Positions 1-7,270 of a stretch of DNA of 38,707 bases are shown here, in pieces. The position numbers and the translations under genes were made by a program. This DNA is from Anaerolineae bacterium (GTDB taxonomy: Bacteria > Chloroflexota > Anaerolineae > Anaerolineales > Anaerolineaceae), in contig JAJTBH010000001.1 of assembly GCA_021287005.1 (NCBI GenBank), forward strand, positions 1 to 38,707, given 5' to 3'. A model generated the notes under the pieces. It was given only the letters and a program-made list of their open reading frames with translations, was not told the origin of the DNA and made no database searches. Position 1 is the first letter of the stretch. Every line of letters starts with the position of its first letter.

Positions 1-233
1 AGTTTGTAATTGCCCTGGCCTGCCGTTATTTAAAACTGACCCCGGCCCAGGCCATTGCCGCCGCCACCATCAATGCCGCCGCGGCCATCAACCGCGCGCA
101 CCTGATCGGCTCAATCGAACCCGGTAAACAGGCCGATCTGTTAATTCTTTCCGTGAACGATTACCGTCACCTCGGATACCGTTTTGGCATCAATCTGGTT
201 GAAACCGTGATTAAAAAAGGGGAGCCATGTTAA
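1..233 (+). CDS. hutI: Imidazolonepropionase (amidohydrolase) C-terminal fragment; the 5' end lies outside the window
   Basis: Reading frame 3 is open from the window edge to TAA at 231-233. It translates to ...GSIEPGKQADLLILSVNDYRHLGYRFGINLVETVIKKGEPC, which resembles the HutI C-terminus as I recall it (GS.E.GK.ADL...Y.FG.N.V..VIK.G). The stop overlaps the next gene's ATG (ATGTTAA). Confidence 0.55.
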   Translation, partial: FVIALACRYLKLTPAQAIAAATINAAAAINRAHLIGSIEPGKQADLLILSVNDYRHLGYRFGINLVETVIKKGEPC

Positions 234-871
234 CCATTACCATTGAACAGGCCCGCCGCTGGTACGAACAGGCCGACAGCGTGCATGATTTTGAACACGT
301 TTTGCGGGTTTATCGCACCGCCGAACACCTGGCGGAAATTGAAAATGCCGATCTTGAAATTGTGCGCACGGCCGCCCTGCTGCATGATGTGGCCGGGGCA
401 GCCCCCGGCTCCGAAGAACGCGCCGGGCACCATATCACCTCGGCCATTTTTGCCGGCAAAGTACTGCAAGAGGCCGGCTGGATGCCCGAACGGATTGCCG
501 CCGTGCAGCACTGCATCCGCGGGCATCGTTTTCGCGGCAGCCTGGACGAACAACCCCAATCGTTGGAAGCCAAAATCATTTTTGACGCCGATAAACTGGA
601 TGTGCTTGGCGCGATCGGGGTGGCGCGTGTTATCGCTTATGCCGCTCTGGCCGGCAGCCCCTTTTATGTGGAACCTTCACAGACCTTTTTAACCAGCGGC
701 AAGGAAGAGCCCGGCGAACCGCACAGCGCCTATCACGAACATCTTTTTAAACTGCGGCGCGTTAAGGAACGCCTTTTTACGGCGTCGGCCCGCCGGTTGG
801 CCGAAGAGCGGCATGCCTATATTGACGACTATTTTAAACGGCTGGGAGCCGAATTACGCGGCGAGGCTTAA
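227..871 (+). CDS. HD-domain metal-dependent phosphohydrolase
   Basis: The H...HD motif is present (FEHVLRV...LLHDV) along with FDADKLDVLGAIG, typical of the HD superfamily. The start overlaps the hutI stop, which suggests translational coupling. Confidence 0.75.
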   Translation: MLTITIEQARRWYEQADSVHDFEHVLRVYRTAEHLAEIENADLEIVRTAALLHDVAGAAPGSEERAGHHITSAIFAGKVLQEAGWMPERIAAVQHCIRGHRFRGSLDEQPQSLEAKIIFDADKLDVLGAIGVARVIAYAALAGSPFYVEPSQTFLTSGKEEPGEPHSAYHEHLFKLRRVKERLFTASARRLAEERHAYIDDYFKRLGAELRGEA

Positions 872-881
872 CCCCTTTTTG

Positions 882-910
882 TTGAAATTCAATCCGGCAG
901 TGACTATAAT
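882..910 (+). promoter_or_regulatory. Sigma70-type promoter for the aldo/keto reductase gene
   Basis: TTGAAA (882-887), a 17-nt spacer, then TATAAT (905-910). Confidence 0.55.
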
Positions 911-943
911 AACCTTCATGTTTATCGAAAACTGGAGGTAATT

Positions 944-1927
944 ATGATTTATCGCGAACTGGGCAGAACCGGTTATAAGGTCTCGGAAATCAGTTTCGGC
1001 GCCTGGGCCATTGGCGGCACCTGGGGCCAGGTGGATGACAGCGACTCACTGGCTGCCTTGCACCGTGCGCTTGAACTGGGCGTTAATTTTTTTGATACCG
1101 CCGATGTATACGGCGATGGGCGCAGCGAAAGACTTCTGGCGCGCTTGCGCCGCGAAAGTAAAAAAGAGTTTTTTGTCGCCACCAAAGCCGGTCGGCGCCT
1201 TGAAAAACAAGACCCTGAGGGGTACAGCCGCCAGAACCTGACGGCCTTTGTGGAGCGCAGTTTAAAGAATCTGGAAGTGGAAGCGCTGGATTTATTACAG
1301 TTACACTGCCCGCCCACACCGGTTTATTATATGCCCGAAGTTTTTGGTTTTCTTGATGATCTGGTTCAGCAAGGAAAATTACGTTATTACGGGGTGAGCG
1401 TTGAAAAAGTGGAAGAAGCGCTTAAAGCGATTGAATACCCCCATGTACAAAGTGTACAAATTATCTATAACATCTTTCGCCAGCGTCCGGCCGAACTGTT
1501 TTTTGAACAGGCTAAAAAGAAAAAAGTGGGCATTCTGGCGCGCCTGCCGCTCTCTTCGGGTATGTTAAGCGGCAAAATGCGGCCCGATTCCAGCTTTTCG
1601 GCCGATGATCACCGCGCCGGCAATCGCCAGGGTGAGTGGTTTGATCGCGGCGAAACTTTTTCGGGGGTAGACTACAACACCGGTCTGCAAGTGGTTGAGG
1701 CGCTGCGTCCGCTGGTGCCCACCGGAATGAGCATGGCTCAGATGGCCTTACGCTGGATTTTAATGAACGACGCCGTTACCTGTGCCATTCCGGGGGCAAA
1801 ACGCCCGGCGCAGGCCGAAGAAAATATCGCGGCTGCGGCTTTTCCACCCTTGCCGCATGAAACCATGTTAAAAATTGCCGAGATTTATCAAAAACGCATT
1901 CGCGCCCTGGTTCACCATTACTGGTAA
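944..1927 (+). CDS. Aldo/keto reductase family oxidoreductase
   Basis: Contains LGVNFFDTADVYGDGRSE and the C-terminal IPGAKRPAQAEEN motif. A GGAGG RBS lies 7 nt upstream of the ATG. Confidence 0.85.
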   Translation: MIYRELGRTGYKVSEISFGAWAIGGTWGQVDDSDSLAALHRALELGVNFFDTADVYGDGRSERLLARLRRESKKEFFVATKAGRRLEKQDPEGYSRQNLTAFVERSLKNLEVEALDLLQLHCPPTPVYYMPEVFGFLDDLVQQGKLRYYGVSVEKVEEALKAIEYPHVQSVQIIYNIFRQRPAELFFEQAKKKKVGILARLPLSSGMLSGKMRPDSSFSADDHRAGNRQGEWFDRGETFSGVDYNTGLQVVEALRPLVPTGMSMAQMALRWILMNDAVTCAIPGAKRPAQAEENIAAAAFPPLPHETMLKIAEIYQKRIRALVHHYW

Positions 1928-1949
1928 AACCGCTTGGAGCTTTTTATTA

Positions 1950-1995
1950 TCCGGGCGGAAGGGCGCTGGCGCATCCTTCCGCCCGGACGATTTTT
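1950..1995 (+). terminator. Intrinsic terminator between the convergent AKR and SLT genes
   Basis: A 13-bp stem pairs TCCGGGCGGAAGG (1950-1962) with CCTTCCGCCCGGA (1975-1987). It is followed by CGATTTTT. Confidence 0.6.
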
Positions 1996-2647
1996 AATAA
2001 CCGCCGTAAATGGCCAGCACGGTATCGGCGTAGGAATAACCCACATCCAGCGGGCCATAAGCGCGTAATGCTTCACGCACATCCTGGTAACGATTGATTA
2101 ATCCGGCCAGCATGCCCGCGCCATAAGAAATATTAAATTCGGGATTTAATAACTCCTGCGTGGTGGGACGCGAGGCAAAACAAGGGCCGGCAGCGCAGTA
2201 AAAACTGGCGGCGATGCCATCACTGGGCATAACCTGCAACAATCCCACGGCACCGCTGCTTGAATAGGCATTGGGGTCGCCGCCGCTTTCCTGCTGCATC
2301 ACTGCCGCAATTAAGTTGGGGTCAATCTGATGCTCTGTGGCATAATTTTGAATCGGGCCGCACCAGCGCCGCACCGAATCGGCATAAGCGGAGCCTAAGC
2401 TGCAATCTGCCGCTGCGGCTTCAGACACAGGCGCTGCGGCGACATTCGGAGCGCCGGCCTGATTTATGTCATTCTGCTCATTTTCCGTCACCGGCTTTAA
2501 ATTTTTTAACATCTCATTTAATAAAGACGCCTGCAACGATTTCACCTGTTCGGGAACCTGCGGGTTGGCAATCACCAGACCCAGGTATGCAATCGCCATG
2601 CTGCCCGAAAGCACACCCAGTAAAATCGCGTTCATTATCCGGTTCAT
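1994..2647 (-). CDS. Membrane-anchored lytic transglycosylase (SLT domain)
   Basis: Has an N-terminal TM helix and the SLT catalytic region QQESGGDPNAYSSSGAVGLLQVMP. Confidence 0.75.
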   Translation of the reverse strand: MNRIMNAILLGVLSGSMAIAYLGLVIANPQVPEQVKSLQASLLNEMLKNLKPVTENEQNDINQAGAPNVAAAPVSEAAAADCSLGSAYADSVRRWCGPIQNYATEHQIDPNLIAAVMQQESGGDPNAYSSSGAVGLLQVMPSDGIAASFYCAAGPCFASRPTTQELLNPEFNISYGAGMLAGLINRYQDVREALRAYGPLDVGYSYADTVLAIYGGY

Positions 2648-2936
2648 TGTTTCGTTTACTCCGTTTTTAAAACCTGTCGGTTGAATATTGTGATATTTTT
2701 ATTTACTCGCCACAGTGGGCGGCCATCTGTGAATCGGGATAAAGTCATCCATCGATGCCGGCGTGGGTGGGTAATTTGCAGCGTTCCGGCTTTATCCATT
2801 ACTGTTCGCCGCCGGGCAAACATAATAATAAGTATTTACAGTAATAATTATCTACTCACCGAATTATGAAATCCAAGAAGTGTTCAGCTTGTGTGCCTTT
2901 TCATTCAATCCATTTATCACAATCCATGTCATGCCG

Positions 2937-3034
2937 AACACCCACAGGGTGCACGCAGAGCAACGCGAGGAGGCATCTGCGAATCAGATGAGAAGGACGG
3001 TTTCAGGGTAAAGATTTCTCCCTGTGGTCGAAAT
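2937..3034. repeat. Short palindromic non-coding element (CCACAGGG ... CCCTGTGG arms)
   Basis: The arms lie at 2943-2950 and 3021-3028. The spurious ORF through it reads ...CHAEH...ISPCGRNNG, a type of pseudo-peptide I recall from dispersed repeat elements mis-called as hypothetical proteins. Confidence 0.4.
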
Positions 3035-3078
3035 AACGGGCGTTTATATCGTTCAGATTTTTCCCGCCCTTTCACTGG

Positions 3079-3111
3079 TGAGTAAATACTATTGACTTGT
3101 ATTTACTCACG
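3079..3111. repeat. Perfect 12-bp inverted repeat GTGAGTAAATAC-N9-GTATTTACTCAC
   Basis: Read directly from the sequence. The same 12-mer GTATTTACTCAC recurs exactly at 4909-4920, and shorter versions recur in both intergenic regions flanking the L,D-transpeptidase gene. Confidence 0.8.
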
Positions 3112-3338
3112 GGCTTTTGCGTAGGTGCGGTCTGCACTTTTTCCAGCCGCATAGACTCATGTGTTACGCGCAGGTCGCTTGACCCTGCACCCTACCGGGG
3201 CTGTATGTTGAGTTTGCTTGCGTCCAACCCTTTACCGGTGGGTAGATATAGTAATAATATAGCACACATGTTCTATTTAATCAATACAAAATAGAACTTC
3301 TTTATTCCAATATTAAAAATAGTTGAGGTTGGATTTAA

Positions 3339-4583
3339 TTATTGACGAATTTCAATGGCGGTGCCGACTTCGGCCCATTGATACAAAACACGCGCATCAT
3401 CCGGGGATAAAACAATACAACCGTGAGAAATGGCTTTTCCCAGGCCATCGCCCCACAATTCTTCACCCTTGTTTGAAAGCGGCAGGGCATGAATGCCATC
3501 CTCCAGGCCGTCAAACCAGACGAATCCCATCCAATATGGCATCCAGAAATCCCACATATCGCTGTAGGCGTTTTCGTTTTTATCCAGAATGGTAAAACTG
3601 CCAAGCGGCGTATTATTGTTTGAACCGGTGGAGGTGACAAAATGAAAAACTTCTGCATTGCCTTGATATGCATATAAAAGCTGATCCGATATGTCCACCA
3701 CAATTCGTTTTTCACCGGCCAGAGGAGAATCGAGGGGCATAAAACTGCTTACATCCGGAATAACCAGTTCCTGTCCGGCAAAAATTTGACTCTGGTCTCG
3801 CAGATCATTACGGATCAAAATGTCGGCCGGGTTAACTTTTAAAGCCGAGGCAATGCTCAAGAGGGTGTCACCCGCCTGCACAATATAAATACCTCGTTCC
3901 ATCTCTTCGGAAACCGATCTGGTATTTACCGGTTGCGAACTGGCCTCGGGCGAAGCCGTGGGCTGCGGCGTGGCAGTGAGGGTGGCTTGCATGGTGGCGG
4001 TGGCCGTAGCCGTTTCTTCAGGCGCCGTATAAAGCGGCAATTCCGAAGTTTCATCAACGTTGGCTTCGGCAAAACCGCCGGTCACCGGAATGATCTGCCC
4101 GCTGACATGCGGAATAAAAATGGCGCCGATTAACAATAAAACCACAAACCCCAAAAATACGCTTAATGTTCGTTTTGCGGAAGAGCGTTTTACCCTGGGT
4201 TTAATTTGAGGTCTCACAGGCGCCGGTTCCGGTTGGGGTTCAACGCAAGGCGGCGGGTTGACTTTGGCAGGTTCGGCAGCCAGGCGTCGCTGCGCCCATT
4301 CCAACCCGCGCCGGGCATGCTGGTTGTCGGGGTTAAGCGTTAATACGTGTTGCAAATAACCCAGACTCTCCTGCGGTGGAACAAGCGCCGCAAGAATCAG
4401 CCAGGGTGCTTCCAGGCGGGGGGCCAGTGTAAGCGCCTGTTGCGCCAGAAGATATGCGGTGGTTCTCTCACCCCGGTGCAGTGCATCAAATGCATTTCGT
4501 ACGATACGTCGTGCTGCATCTTCAGGCGATTCAGTCTCCGGCAGCGCGGACGGCAAATAGTTTTTATCCATGTTTTTTATCAA
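3339..4583 (-). CDS. L,D-transpeptidase (YkuD domain) with TPR-like N-terminus, TM helix, Pro/Thr-rich linker and LysM domain
   Basis: The LysM domain reads YIVQAGDTLLSIASALKVNPADILIRNDL...GQELVIP. The YkuD active site is SHGCIVLSPDDA near the C-terminus. Confidence 0.8.
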   Translation of the reverse strand: MIKNMDKNYLPSALPETESPEDAARRIVRNAFDALHRGERTTAYLLAQQALTLAPRLEAPWLILAALVPPQESLGYLQHVLTLNPDNQHARRGLEWAQRRLAAEPAKVNPPPCVEPQPEPAPVRPQIKPRVKRSSAKRTLSVFLGFVVLLLIGAIFIPHVSGQIIPVTGGFAEANVDETSELPLYTAPEETATATATMQATLTATPQPTASPEASSQPVNTRSVSEEMERGIYIVQAGDTLLSIASALKVNPADILIRNDLRDQSQIFAGQELVIPDVSSFMPLDSPLAGEKRIVVDISDQLLYAYQGNAEVFHFVTSTGSNNNTPLGSFTILDKNENAYSDMWDFWMPYWMGFVWFDGLEDGIHALPLSNKGEELWGDGLGKAISHGCIVLSPDDARVLYQWAEVGTAIEIRQ

Positions 4584-4849
4584 TCAGCCGTTTAATCACT
4601 TTTTTACATTTTATTATCCGGCAATCAGATCCGCTAAGCATTTTTTCCCATTAAAACAAAATTTGCATGCGAATGTCAAAATATTACCAGAAAATTATTA
4701 ATTTCCGGTTCAGAGAAAATTAAAAAATGATTGGAGTTTTTACACACCTTTCCCCTGAAGGCTGACTTTTCCCCTTTGTTGTAATGATTATATCAAAATT
4801 TTTATTGTTAAAAAAGCATTTTTCCGTCATCATCTTTTATTATTTACTC

Positions 4850-4878
4850 TTGACAAGCGGCATTTTTTCGGAGATAAT
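4850..4878 (+). promoter_or_regulatory. Strong sigma70-type promoter with no ORF immediately downstream
   Basis: TTGACA (4850-4855), a 17-nt spacer, then GATAAT (4873-4878). Confidence 0.5.
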
Positions 4879-4883
4879 AATTT

Positions 4884-4897
4884 AGAACTTATGTTCT
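4884..4897. promoter_or_regulatory. Cheo-box-like palindrome AGAAC-TTAT-GTTCT (putative LexA/SOS operator)
   Basis: This is an exact GAAC-N4-GTTC palindrome with A/T flanks. It begins 5 nt after the -10 hexamer, so it covers the predicted transcription start. Confidence 0.4.
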
Positions 4898-5000
4898 GTA
4901 ATAAATCGGTATTTACTCACCTGTGGTGCTTTTAGCCCCTTCCTTTGCAAAAATCCTTGCCTCTCCCCGCAACGATTCCAGGCAAATTTAATGGTCTATC

Positions 5001-5064
5001 GGGGAAGGGTTGGGGCGGGGTCAAAGGTTTTCCATTTTTTATGGATAGGTCCGGTGAGTAACGA
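5001..5064 (+). repeat. Copy A of a roughly 60-bp dispersed structured repeat (G-rich stem arm, T-run, then GGTGAGTAA)
   Basis: GGGGAAGGGTTGGGGCGGGGTCAAAGGTTTTCCATTTTTTATGGATAGGTCCGGTGAGTAACGA aligns by eye at about 80-85 percent identity with 25357-25416. Confidence 0.7.
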
Positions 5065-5194
5065 TCCATGTATTTATGCTTCGCAGGAAAGGATGAAAAT
5101 CTATTTTCGTCGCAAACACATAAACCGTAAACTTTCGCCGGATCTTTTAAATGTTTTTTAATACAGGTTAACCCTACAGGAGGATAATTCATTA

Positions 5195-5560
5195 ATGACC
5201 CGTCTCATTTTTTTACCAGAAGATGATACCAGCATTTTGCTTTACGATTCGCGTTTATCTCTGGATGAGTTATTACAAAACATCCATTTAACCGGTGAAG
5301 AGAATTTACAAAACAAATTAACTGTTTTGCAGCAAGGGCAATGGACATTGGCTGCAACCGGTGGGCATCCCCGGCTCAGTCAGCGCCAGTCTGATGTGCT
5401 CAAAGGGTTGGCCGAAGGTTTAACCACCCGTCAAATCGCTCACCGGCTGGATATCTCGACACGCATGGTCACTTTTCATATCAGCAGTTTAAAAGTGCGC
5501 TTAAATGCGCAGACCCGTGCCGAAATTATTTTACAGGCTCGCGAAAACCGGTTGTTGTAA
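5195..5560 (+). CDS. LuxR/GerE-type HTH transcriptional regulator without a receiver domain (LuxR solo, 121 aa)
   Basis: The C-terminal GerE HTH reads LSQRQSDVLKGLAEGLTTRQIAHRLDISTRMVTFHISSLKVRL. The N-terminal ~60 aa show no REC signature. An AGGAGG RBS lies upstream. Confidence 0.7.
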   Translation: MTRLIFLPEDDTSILLYDSRLSLDELLQNIHLTGEENLQNKLTVLQQGQWTLAATGGHPRLSQRQSDVLKGLAEGLTTRQIAHRLDISTRMVTFHISSLKVRLNAQTRAEIILQARENRLL

Positions 5561-5596
5561 ATTTTAGACATCTAGCGCCTTGCCAGAGGTGATTCA

Positions 5597-7270
5597 TTGA
5601 GGGGGAATTTTTTTATATTAAACAAATGGAATAAAAAATCGGCTGTGCTACAATCATTACAAAGGAGCAGGTCATTGAGTTTTCTTCAGATTGAGTCAGC
5701 CGCCTTTTTTTTCAGCGCTTTTCTGGCCGCAGGCGTGATGGTATGGGTATGGCCGAGACATAAACAACCCGGCATTCGAAATTTCATTTACACCCTGATT
5801 ACCATCCTGATCTGGTCGCTGGCAGCCGGGTTTGAAGCACAAGCCGATACATTGGCCGAAAGTCGTTTCTGGTCTATTCTTTCGTATATCGGCATTCTGG
5901 GTGTTCCCCTGTTTTTTTTCTTTTTTGCATTATATTACACAGGTTACGATTACCTGTTAACCCGCCATCTGCAAACCGGACTTTTTGGTCTCAGCATCTT
6001 TTTCTGGGTCATCGTGGCGACCAACGAGTGGCATCATCTCTACTGGAGTTATTTAATTCCCGACCCCGTTCTGGGTGAAAACTTAATCCATTACGGACAC
6101 GGCGTTTTATTTTATTTTGCCATTTTATATCTCTACACCCTGATGACGGTGGTTACACTGGTTTTATTACAGGCTGCCATCAACTTTCACCACATTTACC
6201 GCCACCAGGTGATCGGCCTTTTATTGGCCATTCCACTGCCCTGGGCCAGTAATATCCTGTATGTGCTCAATATTTCACCGTTAAATGACAAAGATTTAAC
6301 CCCCGTTTTTTTCTCTTTCGTGGGTCTGTTATTTGGTTATAACATTCATCATTACCAATTGCTTGATCTTATCCCTGTGGCGCGCGAAAAAATTCTCGAC
6401 AGTTTGCAAGAGGGCATTCTGGTTTTGGATCATATCGGGCGCATCATTGATATCAATACCCCGGCTCGTTTCTTTTTAAAAATCGACCAGTTATCCGTCA
6501 TTGGGAAAAATGCCGACGATGTTTTACCCACCTACAAAAATTTTCTGAATGAAAACAACTCACGTCTTGAAGTGGAATGTGAGCTGGACAAACCCTGCTG
6601 GATTGAATTGCAAATTTTGCCCTTTAACAACTCTCAAAACCGGGTCAGCGGCCGCCTGGTGATCATTCATGACATTTCCCATCGCAAAAACCTCGAAAAA
6701 GAATTGGAAAGACTGGCTATTTCAGACGGATTAACCGGTTTATACAACCGCCGATATCTTGAAACCTGCTTGATATCCGAATTTGAACGGAGCGAACGAT
6801 ATCACACCCCCTTATCGCTGGCGATTTGTGATATTGACTCTTTTAAAGAGATCAACGACCTTGCCGGGCATGCCTGTGGCGACGAGGTATTAATCCGCAT
6901 GGCGCAGTTGTTGCGCCAGTGTATGCGTACCAGCGATATTGTGGCACGCATGGGGGGCGATGAATTTGTCATCATCTTCCCGCAAACCGGGATTAACGAA
7001 GCCTGGCTGGCACTCGAAAGGCTGCGTTTAAAAATTAAGGCATATGATCTGGGTTGTTTTCAGCAGGGCATCAGCGTCAGCGTGGGGGTTACCACCTGGT
7101 TTGAGGGTGATACAACCACAAATGCCTTGCAGCGCGCCGATCAACATTTATATACTGCCAAAAGGCAGGGCAAAGATTGTGTAATCGGCGACGAACAATT
7201 AATAGATTTGCCGAACGAGGATAACGAAAGCCAAATCGGCCTCTTTCACCGTCGTTACGGTCTGGATTGA
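5597..7270 (+). CDS. Diguanylate cyclase with a multi-TM (7TM-type) N-terminal sensor, PAS and GGDEF domains
   Basis: The GGDEF motif is RMGGDEFVIIF, preceded by DGLTGLYNRRY. The N-terminal half has about 7 hydrophobic helices. The true start is more likely the in-frame TTG at 5675, which is preceded by AAGGAG at 5662-5667. Confidence 0.85.
   Translation: MRGNFFILNKWNKKSAVLQSLQRSRSLSFLQIESAAFFFSAFLAAGVMVWVWPRHKQPGIRNFIYTLITILIWSLAAGFEAQADTLAESRFWSILSYIGILGVPLFFFFFALYYTGYDYLLTRHLQTGLFGLSIFFWVIVATNEWHHLYWSYLIPDPVLGENLIHYGHGVLFYFAILYLYTLMTVVTLVLLQAAINFHHIYRHQVIGLLLAIPLPWASNILYVLNISPLNDKDLTPVFFSFVGLLFGYNIHHYQLLDLIPVAREKILDSLQEGILVLDHIGRIIDINTPARFFLKIDQLSVIGKNADDVLPTYKNFLNENNSRLEVECELDKPCWIELQILPFNNSQNRVSGRLVIIHDISHRKNLEKELERLAISDGLTGLYNRRYLETCLISEFERSERYHTPLSLAICDIDSFKEINDLAGHACGDEVLIRMAQLLRQCMRTSDIVARMGGDEFVIIFPQTGINEAWLALERLRLKIKAYDLGCFQQGISVSVGVTTWFEGDTTTNALQRADQHLYTAKRQGKDCVIGDEQLIDLPNEDNESQIGLFHRRYGLD

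Noticed and set aside
2681-3294. Three ORFs of 62-65 aa (2681-2869, 2891-3085 and 3097-3294) lie in the long intergenic region.
   Set aside because: They have no RBS, their composition is odd (Arg/Cys-rich), and they run through palindromic repeats. I treat the region as non-coding.
3267-3298. GTTCTATT-N13-AATAGAAC was considered as a second LexA-like site.
   Set aside because: The half-sites are in the wrong order and spacing (GTTC...GAAC with a 13-nt loop, not GAAC-N4-GTTC). It is more likely a weak AT-rich hairpin downstream of the L,D-transpeptidase gene.
4932-5192. An 86-aa minus-strand ORF lies in the leader region upstream of the LuxR-solo gene.
   Set aside because: It has no RBS and a Pro/Gly/Lys-rich, repeat-derived sequence (it reads through repeat copy A). 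It would end in the middle of the promoter region.
4885-5194. I considered a known riboswitch class (c-di-GMP-I/II or ydaO) in the leader upstream of the LuxR/GGDEF genes, and similarly in 2648-3338 upstream of the SLT gene.
   Set aside because: I could not find the conserved blocks I remember for GEMM-I (…CACGCACAGGGCAAACC…), GEMM-II or ydaO. CAGGCAAA at 4979-4986 is too short a match. A covariance-model scan is still needed, so the region is reported only as an unexplained structured leader.
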